Below, piece after piece: positions 51,120 to 60,855 of a DNA stretch of 64,000 nucleotides; the stretch's first letter is position 1, and every line of letters begins with the position of its first letter. Under the pieces are notes generated by a model. It searched no databases, was not told the DNA's origin, and saw only the letters and a list, made by a program, of their open reading frames with translations. The stretch is taken from NCBI GenBank assembly GCA_963422365.1, contig OY729426.1, forward strand, positions 352,001-416,000. The letters run 5' to 3'. Source of the DNA: Nitrospirales bacterium (GTDB taxonomy: Bacteria; Nitrospirota; Nitrospiria; Nitrospirales; UBA8639). A program made the position numbers and the translations under genes.

Positions 51120-52764
51120 TCAATCCAACCCCAACGCCTGTTGCCCTGTCTTGGGTGGAGCCTTCGGTAGGTTCTCCACCCGCAGGCGATAGTCGTCCTT
51201 GCCCCACTCGCAGCGGCTCAGCACGGCTTTCGGGATCTTCTTGAGCGTCAGATTGGGAAACGCATCGGACTTGACGCGAAAGGCTCCACAGCAAATGAGG
51301 AGCGACCGCTTTTCACCGACCTCTTCGCTGAGCCTGGCCAGTTGCTCACGGGTGAGCGTTTGCGTGGTCACGTACATGAAATCACATTCCGTGGAATGCC
51401 CATGCTGCCAGTACATGGTTTCGCTGGGGGCATACGTGAACCCCATCAGCTTGCACGTGGCTTCCGCAACCATGGCTGCGTTGTATTGCTTACTGATGAC
51501 GGGGTTGCCGAACTGATCCTGTTCAAGCAGCGACGGAGCGAGCCGGTAATACCGGAAACCACCGCCCCTTCCAGCCCACGGCCCCCGTGATGCCACCCTG
51601 GTCCTCCCCATCGATGACCTTTTTCAGCCGGGGAATAATGTGCGTGTGGCAATGCTCACCCAACTCGACCATGACCCACCGACGGCCCATCTTATGCGCC
51701 ACCGCACCCGTGGTGCCGGAACCCGCAAAGGAGTCGAGGACGAGATCACCGGGCTGTGATGATAACTCTAAGACTCGTTGAAGAAGGTGTTCGGATTTTG
51801 GTGTTGAAAAGATTTCGGTAGCATTGAAGGCCGTTACCTCACGCTTGGAATCTTGATTATCGCCTACTTCGTCTCTCAACCAAATCGTCTTTGTAACGTT
51901 CTTGTCCTGTACTTCTGACAAAAACAGCTTTGACGCAGGAACATTCTTGCCATACTTGCCAAACCAAATGCGATTGTCTGCTACTAACTGCTTATCCCTT
52001 TCTGGAGATGCTCCCCAACATCTTCCCCTTGCTGGTAAAAGCTTTCTGCCCGACGGCGTCTCAATCTCGAAAATATTCGAGGATTCACCGGTTCTCGCAA
52101 ACTGCGCCCCTCTTTGCCCGCCCGTCAAAACTTATTGTGAAGTCTGCAAATTTCCAAGGCCCTCTCGGATCATTGTCTGGATTTTTGTAACGCTTATCCA
52201 TTGCTTCGGTACGCGGAGGGGAAACAGGCGCCAGATTTCCTTGTTCCTGGCATAAAGGAGAACATGATCGTGACTGTCAGAGAGCCAGATAGCGTTGGGT
52301 TGGGGGGAGTATTTCTTTTGCCATATGACGTTGCACACGAAGTTCGCTCGACCAAACACTTCGTCACACAAGGCCTTCATGTAGTGAGCTTCATTGTCAT
52401 CCACCGTCATCCAAATTGAACCATCCTCTGAAAGAAGGCATCGTAATAGTTCGACGCGGTCCCGAATGAGAGACAACCACAATGAGTGTTCTATGCCATC
52501 ATCATCATGGCTGAAGGCTGATCCCGTATTGTACGGCGGATCAATAAAAATGCACTTGATCTTGCCAGCAAACTCCTGTTCCAACGCTTTGAGCGCCAGC
52601 AGATTGTCACCAAAGATGAGACGGTTATCGAACACGTCATGGTCGGTCACGAGGTGTGTCGCGTGGTAGGACTGCTCCGGATCTTCCAGCAGAATCCGCG
52701 GCTCCAGCCTTGGCCGGTGCTCCTTCCCAATCCAGGTCAACTCAAGTTTCTGCTTCCGATTCAT
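51120..52764 (-). pseudogene. mod: Type III RM Mod (N6-adenine MTase) split into three frames
   Basis: KLELTWIGK, GDNLLAL, IDPPYN, TPK, DSFAGSGTTG and GGFRYY motifs; two frameshifts. Confidence 0.88.
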
Positions 52765-52840
52765 GATTCAAGTCATTCTCAGCCAGTCTGCCCGCCATAG
52801 CCGTGGCGGAGGCACGTGCTCCTTCCCGATCCAAAACAGT

Positions 52841-53101
52841 TTAAATTGGTCTTGACGGGCATCTTGTTTCGTTTATTGCCGCTGTGTAGTGACGAACGTC
52901 CACTTGCACCCTAGCACGCGCAGCCTCTCCAGCGGTCTTGAGCAGGTCTGATGTCATTTCCTCATCCACGTACTTTTCTCCGCAATTCACGCAGACCTGC
53001 GCCGGCACCGACTTGATCACCAGAGTCGTGTCCTCACGTTCAAGAGCGACAGTCGCCTTCCCCAATCGAGTCTTCCCATTTTTACAAATCACGCAGGTCA
53101 T
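52841..53101 (-). CDS. YgiT/MqsA-type zinc-finger antitoxin
   Basis: MTCVICKNG...VPAQVCVNCGEKY. Confidence 0.8.
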   Translation of the reverse strand: MTCVICKNGKTRLGKATVALEREDTTLVIKSVPAQVCVNCGEKYVDEEMTSDLLKTAGEAARARVQVDVRHYTAAINETRCPSRPI

Positions 53102-53307
53102 GCGTCCGTTCTCCTTTTCTTGAAGTCTTGTTCCCATTCCTCGCAACTAGGCTCGTCTGCCGTCATCACGATTGTTTCTCCGGACTCCGCATTCTCAGCA
53201 GCCACAACATGGAATGGCCACGCATGCCGCCATCCTCATAACAATCGGCTCGGGTATGGCTTGTCACCTGGATACGTTTCAATCGGCTCGCCGGTCTCCA
53301 GCACCTC
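53098..53307 (-). pseudogene. DUF4258 toxin, 5'-truncated with internal stop
   Basis: EVLETGEPIETYPGDKPYPSRLL*GW...HVVAA..IVMTA.EP...W...F..RR; ATGA overlap with the antitoxin. Confidence 0.75.
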
Positions 53308-53757
53308 CTAGTGCTTTTCTTCAAGTTTACGTCGGATCCTCTGTATACACCGATCAGGATTTTTGTTTAGACGGCACTCCCAAATCCGTACAACCTTCCA
53401 GCCGAGTTTTCGGAGGACGCGATTAGTGCGCCGGTCCCTAGCCCGAGTCGTGTTTAGCTTATCTCGCCACGCCTTCACGTTCGTCTTTGGCGTGACGTTC
53501 TTGCCACAGTCGTGGCCGTGCCAAAAACATCCATCAACTAAGACGGCGACTTTCATCTTCGGCCACACAAAATCCGGACGACCGGGAAGTGGTTGGTGTC
53601 TACGCCAGCCGCTCAAGCCCGCTTCACGTAATAAAAACACAAGTCGCTTCTCCGTTGTTTGATTCCCAGTGCTACGTACACGCGACATAAGTTCACTTCG
53701 GCATAGTTCGCCAAACGTCGTGCGTTCTCGCTGGGCGTTGCCAGGCCACCAACTCAT
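53308..53757 (-). CDS. vsr: Very short patch repair endonuclease
   Basis: [27 protein letters not shown] and [10 protein letters not shown] motifs. Confidence 0.9.
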   Translation of the reverse strand: MSWWPGNAQRERTTFGELCRSELMSRVRSTGNQTTEKRLVFLLREAGLSGWRRHQPLPGRPDFVWPKMKVAVLVDGCFWHGHDCGKNVTPKTNVKAWRDKLNTTRARDRRTNRVLRKLGWKVVRIWECRLNKNPDRCIQRIRRKLEEKH

Positions 53758-54872
53758 CGCATTGCGCCAACTCTCCGGCAGACGTGGGCACTCAGCGCGG
53801 CCAAGACCTTCTTGGCGGCCTGCTTTGCATACAGTGGTGGAACCGCGTTGCCAATGAGGTTGCACACGGCGTCCATCTGGTCCGTGATGAAGCCATAATG
53901 CTCTGGAAACGTTTGAAGCAACGCCGCTTCACGGACGGAAATCGTGAGCCGCCGCTTGTCCGGGTGCCCAAACCGGCCTTTACTCGACGTCGTGCACCCG
54001 CCCGTAATCGTGGGGGCGACGTGATCCCACGCCATCCGGCCGTACACGTTCGTGAATCCCTGGTATCCGTTCCGATGACAGTGAGGGCGAAGGGACTCAT
54101 TGATCTTCAACCACGGTTGTCCTGGTTCCGCCGCTTGGAGGCGTTGCTTGATTTGTGGACTCAGATCTCGAGTTACGTGCCAGTTATACGACTGTGGGCT
54201 GCTCTCGCGAAGTGATTGTTTGAGCGTGATTGGTGCCTTCATGTGTCCGATGGCGTCCCTTACCGTATTCCATGGGTGTTGGTCAGCACCGCTTTTCGGT
54301 AATCGTGCATGAGTTGGTTCAGGAAGGGAAATGCTGAATCCGCGTCCGGCCAAAAGAACCAAACGCCGTCGGGACTGCGGCACGCCGAAGTTGGCCATTT
54401 GTTCGACGCGCCACTCGGAGTGGTATCCAAGACGAGAGAGGACATTGAGAAACGCATCGAAAATCGGCTTTCCACGATTCATGAGTCCAGGAACGTTTTC
54501 CATCATCACCGCCTTGGGGCGGATCCCTTCGATGAGGTGAGCCATCACGAGAAGCAGTTCGTTGCGCGGGTCGTCCCTTTTGTACTTCGCCGTCAGAGAA
54601 CAAAATCCCTGGCAGGGCGCGCAACCGGCCAAGAGAGAGATTCGCTTACTTTCAGCCGTCCGCAGGAGTTCGGTCGCGGATACGTCACGGATATCCTTTT
54701 CGAGCAACCGGGTTCGTCGATTGTTCCATCTATACGTCCGCGCCGAGACGGGATCGATTTCCACCGCCGCCGAGACGCGGAATCCCGCGTCTCGGAGTCC
54801 CTTGGTCAAACCACCACACCCGGCGAACAGGTCTATGGCAATGGGTTTCTTTTCGTTCATTTCCTTAAGCAT
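53754..54872 (-). CDS. DNA (cytosine-5) methyltransferase
   Basis: [28 protein letters not shown] and GNAVP motifs. Confidence 0.93.
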   Translation of the reverse strand: MLKEMNEKKPIAIDLFAGCGGLTKGLRDAGFRVSAAVEIDPVSARTYRWNNRRTRLLEKDIRDVSATELLRTAESKRISLLAGCAPCQGFCSLTAKYKRDDPRNELLLVMAHLIEGIRPKAVMMENVPGLMNRGKPIFDAFLNVLSRLGYHSEWRVEQMANFGVPQSRRRLVLLAGRGFSISLPEPTHARLPKSGADQHPWNTVRDAIGHMKAPITLKQSLRESSPQSYNWHVTRDLSPQIKQRLQAAEPGQPWLKINESLRPHCHRNGYQGFTNVYGRMAWDHVAPTITGGCTTSSKGRFGHPDKRRLTISVREAALLQTFPEHYGFITDQMDAVCNLIGNAVPPLYAKQAAKKVLAALSAHVCRRVGAMR

Positions 54873-54887
54873 CTTCTTTTCAGCCCT

Positions 54888-56861
54888 TCAGTCTGACGCA
54901 CCCTTTCCGTTTTCTTGTGATAGTTGAACTATTCTCGGATCATCATGCGGAGCGCGCTTCGTAACGGCATCAAGAAATTCTTTGTGCATCGATTCGGTGG
55001 TTGCCAGAAGGTTTCTCCACGTTCGAACGTCGAATATTGCAGCGTCCTGCCCGACCTTTGCGTACCCTTCGTCGCCCGGCCGAATTCGGTCTGCGATTAG
55101 CAGACCCTTTACGGTAGATCTTCGGTGTTCGCTGTCCGTTGCTTCTTCCTGGAGTTTGCGACGGAGGAACAGAACATAATCTCGAATCTGATCACATTCC
55201 TTCTGACCCACAAGATCACCCGGACGCTTCGTCTCTATTACGTGAGCCGTCTGATAGCGATCTCCAAGACAGAAAAAGTCGAGACGTCGGGCACCTTCCT
55301 TACTTTTTGGTCCGGAAATCTCGAACTTCTCACAAATCATTCGATCTAACGACTGTTCATGCACCAAAACCGTCCATTTGGGATCAATTAACCATGGATG
55401 ATCCCGGAGGTATTTCTGCATATCTGGTTTTTCCGGGACTTTATCCTTGATCATTTGCGCGAACTTTTGGATGATCTCCACGCGTCCCTTGACGAGGTGT
55501 GCTGTATTTACGGCTTCAATGATATCCCACTCAGAAAGGACTTGATTGAAATGCGCAACGTCGTCCGAAGACGCAGTGTTTAATCTTCTTATCGCGTCGA
55601 GAAAACTTCGATTTGTCAGCGCGTTATAGACAAACTCAATGAGTTCATCTGTAATGTCTTTGCCATCCTTGTGCTTGTCGAGTTGAGGAATAGCGCAAAT
55701 GCGGTCAACGACCTGTTTGAAAATTCTACGTTCGTTTTCGGGCAACCTCTCCGCCTGTTTTATGTACAAGGTTACTTTGGGGCTCTTGGTCTTCGCTTCG
55801 CGCCTCTTGTCGGTCCACTTTTCCAGCAATTCTTTTATCTTCTTGCGCCCCCATTCTTTCAAATGTGCTGCGGTAGGGTCTTCCCATCGAACGGTTCCTC
55901 TGTCAGTGGCAATGAGGTCGATGTTTTCATCCAGGAAATCCGCTTGAATTTCACCCGTGAGATACTGCATCCCGTGCTGACCCCACACGCCACCGCTCAG
56001 ATCGAAAAACCAAGGCGTTTGAGCCAATTTGCCGCGCACGTAGACGACGAAGCCGCGTTGCTCTTCATCTGGAATCGTATTCTTGCAAAAGCCCGCCCAC
56101 CACTGAATCTGGTGACCATTTCCAAGATCAGCCGTCTCCCATTCGCTGATATTTTCTGGAAACCGAAACTGAAAAGGAATCTCTTGCCTTGATATAGACG
56201 TTCCGTTGACGTGGACCGTAAAGTTTTCATCAAGCACCAGTAATCTTCTGGCGATACTGCTTTTGAATGGCTGTTCGTCGATAACGCGACTGATTTTCAA
56301 CTGTGACAGCGTTACGGTTGTAGCAGGGTTCTCTTGCGTGCTCCTGCCGTCCTCGGGCAACAATTCAGGTGAGTATCCCTGCGCGTCAGTGAAGTCGGCG
56401 CTCTTAGTTAATTCGTCAAAATTCAATGCAAAGTGGGAAATTTCGTTGTCCTTGATCGTTCGTATGCTAATCAGGTTAGCGATGCCAAAGCCAGCAAGCT
56501 TGCCGATGCCTTTTCGTCCTTGTACCTTTCGATGACTCTGGCCCTTATAGGTCTTGGTCCATCCACTTTGACTTGAACGACGATCCCTGCCAACCGACAG
56601 ATAAAACGAATTGCATTCATCAAAACTCATTCCGCAGCCATCGTCCCTGACCACTATTTTATCGTCCTGCGCAATCGAGCGTCCCGTAGGAATCTCGATC
56701 CATACGTTCCTCGCCATCGCGTCGTAGGCGTTTGAGATAAGTTCGGAAATGGCGGGAACGGCTCCGGAATACATCTGCAACCCGAGATGCTTAAACAATT
56801 GTCCGGCAACGGTCATTTTGTACTGGCGTTCTTCAGGCGTCGTTGTTTGTTGACTTGTCAT
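54888..56861 (-). CDS. MORC/GHKL ATPase fused to a PD-(D/E)xK nuclease
   Basis: GHKL motifs ELISNAYDA, DDGCGM, GRKGIGKLAG; C-terminal RLDF...IETKRP...QIRDY. Confidence 0.82.
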   Translation of the reverse strand: MTSQQTTTPEERQYKMTVAGQLFKHLGLQMYSGAVPAISELISNAYDAMARNVWIEIPTGRSIAQDDKIVVRDDGCGMSFDECNSFYLSVGRDRRSSQSGWTKTYKGQSHRKVQGRKGIGKLAGFGIANLISIRTIKDNEISHFALNFDELTKSADFTDAQGYSPELLPEDGRSTQENPATTVTLSQLKISRVIDEQPFKSSIARRLLVLDENFTVHVNGTSISRQEIPFQFRFPENISEWETADLGNGHQIQWWAGFCKNTIPDEEQRGFVVYVRGKLAQTPWFFDLSGGVWGQHGMQYLTGEIQADFLDENIDLIATDRGTVRWEDPTAAHLKEWGRKKIKELLEKWTDKRREAKTKSPKVTLYIKQAERLPENERRIFKQVVDRICAIPQLDKHKDGKDITDELIEFVYNALTNRSFLDAIRRLNTASSDDVAHFNQVLSEWDIIEAVNTAHLVKGRVEIIQKFAQMIKDKVPEKPDMQKYLRDHPWLIDPKWTVLVHEQSLDRMICEKFEISGPKSKEGARRLDFFCLGDRYQTAHVIETKRPGDLVGQKECDQIRDYVLFLRRKLQEEATDSEHRRSTVKGLLIADRIRPGDEGYAKVGQDAAIFDVRTWRNLLATTESMHKEFLDAVTKRAPHDDPRIVQLSQENGKGASD

Positions 56862-57139
56862 TGGTGGATGACCTCCATAGAAGTGCCGGATTCTCGAAGT
56901 TTTCCGAAGATAATTTTTGGTGGGAGTTTGTTACACAAGGTGTAGGATTCGTGGATCACGAACAGCATACGATCAAACGACGCGTGGCTCAATCCTTTGA
57001 ACACCTCGGCTCATTTCGTCGGGCATTAACATCGCCTCAATTTCGAAATCTGTTGAAGACCCGGGTCCTCCGTGAGACACATTGCTTCAGTTTGCTCAAT
57101 TTCGATGATTCCCTGCTCTCACGAACCAACGACTGGCAC

Positions 57140-58429
57140 CTATTGACGAATCGAATCGTCCCCCTCGACCGTCGGCGCATCCAACGCCCGCAGTTCCAAT
57201 CCTTCAATTTCCTGCAATGTTTTCCCCGCAATGCCTTGCAGGTCACCGTACATGCCGACCGTGGCCTGCATGACGCGGTCGATTTGCTCGTCGCGCTTGG
57301 CCCATTGCTTCATGATGGCTTTTTTCTCTTTGTCAAGATCCTCTTTCATGGAGGAAAAGGCCTCCACAATGGCCTCGACGCGTTGGCGGAAACGTGAGCC
57401 AGTTAAATATTCGTACACCATCTCCATCTTGGTCTGCTGGCCCTCAGAAGCCTGACGGGCAGTTGCGATCTCGATCAGCGTATAGCGAAGCATCACGGCG
57501 ATGGGCAGGGCCGCTCTCGGATGTGTCACCCAGACGCCGTCGATGAAGTCGAACGTCTCCACGCTGTTTGGAAGCGCCTGGCTGACGATCACGGCCACTT
57601 CCGCCTTGGCTGCGCGCTGGTCATCGCGGAGCTTGGTCAGCCAGCCGTCGCTCCAGTTCTTGGTGCGTTTGGACTCCCACAAGATCGTACCACACGCCTG
57701 GCCCGGCGGACCCATGACAACATGCAACACATCCCCACCGTGCTCCCCTTTCCGGACGGGTTGGATCATATCAAGTGGGAACTTCCCCCCTAACAGCGCT
57801 TCGAGCTCAAGTTCCTGCACCTCACCTTGAAGTTGCTGTGAGCCTTGTTCCGCCTTGCGCTTGAGATCCTCGATTTGTTTCTGCATCGAGGCGATGGTCT
57901 GCTCCTTCTCCTTCACTTTGAGGTTGAGCGATTCTTCTGCCTCTTTCTTTGCCTGATCCCGCGTAGCGGCTAGGTCCGCCTGCACTCGTTTCTCAACGGT
58001 GAGGTCTAATTCACGCTTGGCATCGTCAAGCTCACGCTGTTTGCGAAGCAGGTCGGCTTGGGTTTGTTGCGCCTCGGCCAGTTTCTCGTCACGCCGTTTC
58101 AAAATATCCTGAAGGTCCGTGATTTCCTTTGCTTGTTGAGCAAGGTCAGTTTCCAGGACCAGTCTGGCTTTCTTCGCTTCTTCAATAGCGATTGTGGCAC
58201 GCGCTTTTTGCAACTTTTCCGCCACCTGGTCGTCTATCGTCTCTTGTGCCTTGGAGAGCGCTTCTTCGCGCTTGTGCAGTGCGCGTTCCCATGTGGCGAT
58301 ATCAGCGTCCTTCCGGGCCAGACGTTCTTCAAACTCACGCCGGGTGGACTCGATGAGCGGAGCCGCGAGCGATTCGGTGAGTTTGATCTCAGCCTGACAT
58401 GTTGGACACGTAATAGTTGGCTCTGTCAT
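57140..58429 (-). CDS. DUF2130 family protein (zinc ribbon, coiled coil, RmuC-like nuclease fold)
   Basis: ITCPTC, long coiled coil, GSQQLQGE, GGD, ILWESKRTKNWS..W..KL..D. Confidence 0.85.
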   Translation of the reverse strand: MTEPTITCPTCQAEIKLTESLAAPLIESTRREFEERLARKDADIATWERALHKREEALSKAQETIDDQVAEKLQKARATIAIEEAKKARLVLETDLAQQAKEITDLQDILKRRDEKLAEAQQTQADLLRKQRELDDAKRELDLTVEKRVQADLAATRDQAKKEAEESLNLKVKEKEQTIASMQKQIEDLKRKAEQGSQQLQGEVQELELEALLGGKFPLDMIQPVRKGEHGGDVLHVVMGPPGQACGTILWESKRTKNWSDGWLTKLRDDQRAAKAEVAVIVSQALPNSVETFDFIDGVWVTHPRAALPIAVMLRYTLIEIATARQASEGQQTKMEMVYEYLTGSRFRQRVEAIVEAFSSMKEDLDKEKKAIMKQWAKRDEQIDRVMQATVGMYGDLQGIAGKTLQEIEGLELRALDAPTVEGDDSIRQ

Positions 58430-58481
58430 AGGAACTCCAAGCAATTTCTTATTGACACGACTTTGATCTTATCTTGATCTG

Positions 58482-59711
58482 TCATGAGGTCTTGTTGACA
58501 CACCGAAACCCTGCATGCGCATAAGCATACTCTTGACGAAACCAATTTCGGAATGATCGACGCAACAAGCATGAAGCCGTCGTGGGAGATCCCCCTTTGA
58601 CAATGAAATGATCCTCGTCGAAGAATCGCGAGGAGTATCCGGGATAGGTGGGATAGGGCTCGAAGCCTTCAAAGGGATGGAACCGAGTCGAGGTCCATTC
58701 CCAGCCATTCCCGACTAATTGGGACACCCCGAAGGCACTGTCACCTTGCGGATTTGCCGTGACCGGGATCGGATCCCAAAACCGAAAATGGAAATTCCCG
58801 TGAACCCCATTGGCGATCTGGTTTCCCCAAGGATAGGCGCGTTCTTCACCGCTTGGCGTGCCGTACGCCGCCCGATGAAATTGCGCTTCAGTCGGCAGCG
58901 AGAGGTCGGCCCATTGCGCATAGGCCCGCGCTTCTCTCAGGGACACATAGACGGGCCAATGCAGAGGAAGCGGAATTTCTTCGAACATCGTCAACAAGAA
59001 CCAGCCATCTCCCCGTTTGACCCAAAACGGGGGGATGGGACCGCCCTCTTCAACAAACGTTACATATTGTTGATTGGTGATTTTATATTTGCTGATCGCA
59101 AAGGCCGGCACGTCTTCTTGCTGTTCGCCAAATTCATTATCCCACCCAAACCCGCCACGACGGCCAAGCGTCACCACGCCTTGGGGAACGTCGAGCATGA
59201 CGTGCCTAGGGGGCGAACCTTCAAGCCGTGGTGACAAAGGCAGCGAATTTTTCCCTTTGCGAGAAGTCTGATGCAGAAGGTAGGCTGTGGTTTCGGCGTG
59301 CATCCAACGATGCTCGATCGCCATGCGAAGGACGGTGTCGGGAGCTTGTTCCAGTACGTGATCAACGGACTCCCTCGCTCTGACGTTATAGCGCAGGATT
59401 TCTTCGAGCGAAGGCCATTCTGAGGGAGTATCCTCTTGTTCTGAGCCTACCGCTGGATCAATGCCTGCCTCGAACAGCGAATCAAATGTGTCGTGAAAAG
59501 AGGACTGCCCCAATGTCCAGCGACAAATTTGATTCCAATCAAAGGCTTCTACATGACCAACGTAAAAAATCACCCGATGGCGCTCCGGAATGGGTCGTTC
59601 ATAGAGCATCTTGGGTTTAAACAGGGTAAAGATACGGTCGGTGCAGGCACGCGCGGCGGATAATTCCTTTCGTATTTCGACGAAACGCGGCATAATCATT
59701 TCTTCAACCAA
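58482..59711 (-). CDS. Sulfoxide synthase (DinB + FGE-sulfatase domains), EgtB/OvoA superfamily
   Basis: RHRVIFYVGH, EHRWMHAET iron ligands, FGWDNE, LPTEAQ, GNGWEWT, FRNWF and GFRC motifs. The true start may be an ATG at 59699 or 59693. Confidence 0.88.
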   Translation of the reverse strand: MVEEMIMPRFVEIRKELSAARACTDRIFTLFKPKMLYERPIPERHRVIFYVGHVEAFDWNQICRWTLGQSSFHDTFDSLFEAGIDPAVGSEQEDTPSEWPSLEEILRYNVRARESVDHVLEQAPDTVLRMAIEHRWMHAETTAYLLHQTSRKGKNSLPLSPRLEGSPPRHVMLDVPQGVVTLGRRGGFGWDNEFGEQQEDVPAFAISKYKITNQQYVTFVEEGGPIPPFWVKRGDGWFLLTMFEEIPLPLHWPVYVSLREARAYAQWADLSLPTEAQFHRAAYGTPSGEERAYPWGNQIANGVHGNFHFRFWDPIPVTANPQGDSAFGVSQLVGNGWEWTSTRFHPFEGFEPYPTYPGYSSRFFDEDHFIVKGGSPTTASCLLRRSFRNWFRQEYAYAHAGFRCVNKTS

Positions 59712-59908
59712 ACACCTGACTTCTTATAATGAAACGGCATGCAACACGTCATCCCGTCATTCTAGGTTGCCGTCGATCACCTGGAATCGACGGGTCTTTT
59801 GTAATATATCCATAGTCGAGCTTGTCAAGAAAAAAAGCTGGATTGTTGAAAACCTGTCCTGCTTGACCTGATCGGATTCGAAGGGAGCAGAACAACGGAG
59901 AGCGCCTT

Positions 59909-60045
59909 CCCTTCGCGGCTCCCTTCGCTCTCGCTCAGAGCAGGCGCTTGGCTCAGGATGACAAAGATTCCGCTAGGCGGATGAGATCCGCCGCTACCCC
60001 CTGCACAAGACCCCAGTGTATCATCCTGAGCAACGCAGTCGAGGG
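59909..60045. repeat. GTCATCCTGAG-type palindromic intergenic repeats
   Basis: cccttcgctctcgctcagagcagg..gctcaggatgaca ... tcatcctgagcaacgcagtcgaggg. Confidence 0.55.
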
Positions 60046-60099
60046 TAGAAGGCGGGGGCAGCCCACTATCGAGAAATTTTTGAAGTATTCAACGGCCCT

Positions 60100-60855
60100 A
60101 TGATGAACCCACCTGTCCTCAGTGTCCACGAGGTGAACAAGGAGTTCGGCTCTGACGTTCGAGTCCTTGAGCACGTCGATCTCGACGTGCTTCAAGGTGA
60201 AACCCTGGTCCTGATCGGGGAAAGTGGATCAGGTAAAACGACCCTGCTCCGCATGTTTAATGGATTGACTTATCCGAGTTCGGGAGAAGTCCGCATTCAT
60301 GGAGAATCGATACGAGCCAAAGACCCCATAGCGCTCCGTCGCCACATTGGGTATGTGCAGCAGGATGCCGGATTGCTGCCGCATTGGACCGTCGAAGACA
60401 ACATAGGCCTTGTGCCGTTATTGCTCGGATGGGAGCCGAAACGAAGAACAAGCCGAGTGCACGTTCTCCTGGATCTCATTCATCTTGACCCGCATCAGTT
60501 TCGAACGCGTTATCCCATTGAACTGTCCGGTGGACAACGACAACGTGTAGCCTTTGCCAGAGCCCTCGCGGCCGATCCCGAGATCGTCTTGCTCGATGAA
60601 CCCTTTGGCGCCCTCGACGCGATTACTCGTCACGAACTCCAACATCAATTCCTCGGCCTGAAGCACCACCTCAAAAAAACCATGGTCATGGTCACCCATG
60701 ACATTGATGAGGCGTTGCATCTCGGTGATCGCATCGCGGTGTTGAAGGAGGGGCACCTCTTGCAGATCGGCACCCCGACAGAACTTCTCAACACCCCGGG
60801 CCACGACTACATTGTGCAATTGCTTCACCATCGATCCCCTGGAGATCATACGTGA
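60100..60855 (+). CDS. Opu/EgtV-type ABC transporter ATPase
   Basis: GESGSGKTT, LRRHIGYVQQ..LLPH, LSGGQRQR and DEPFGALD motifs. Confidence 0.9.
   Translation: MMNPPVLSVHEVNKEFGSDVRVLEHVDLDVLQGETLVLIGESGSGKTTLLRMFNGLTYPSSGEVRIHGESIRAKDPIALRRHIGYVQQDAGLLPHWTVEDNIGLVPLLLGWEPKRRTSRVHVLLDLIHLDPHQFRTRYPIELSGGQRQRVAFARALAADPEIVLLDEPFGALDAITRHELQHQFLGLKHHLKKTMVMVTHDIDEALHLGDRIAVLKEGHLLQIGTPTELLNTPGHDYIVQLLHHRSPGDHT

Noticed and set aside
56843..57397. 184-aa plus-strand ORF
   Set aside because: Largely antisense to DUF2130 and the start of the MORC gene; no recognisable motifs.
46941..58487. gtcatga at both island edges as att sites
   Set aside because: Only 7 bp, expected by chance, and no integrase is present.
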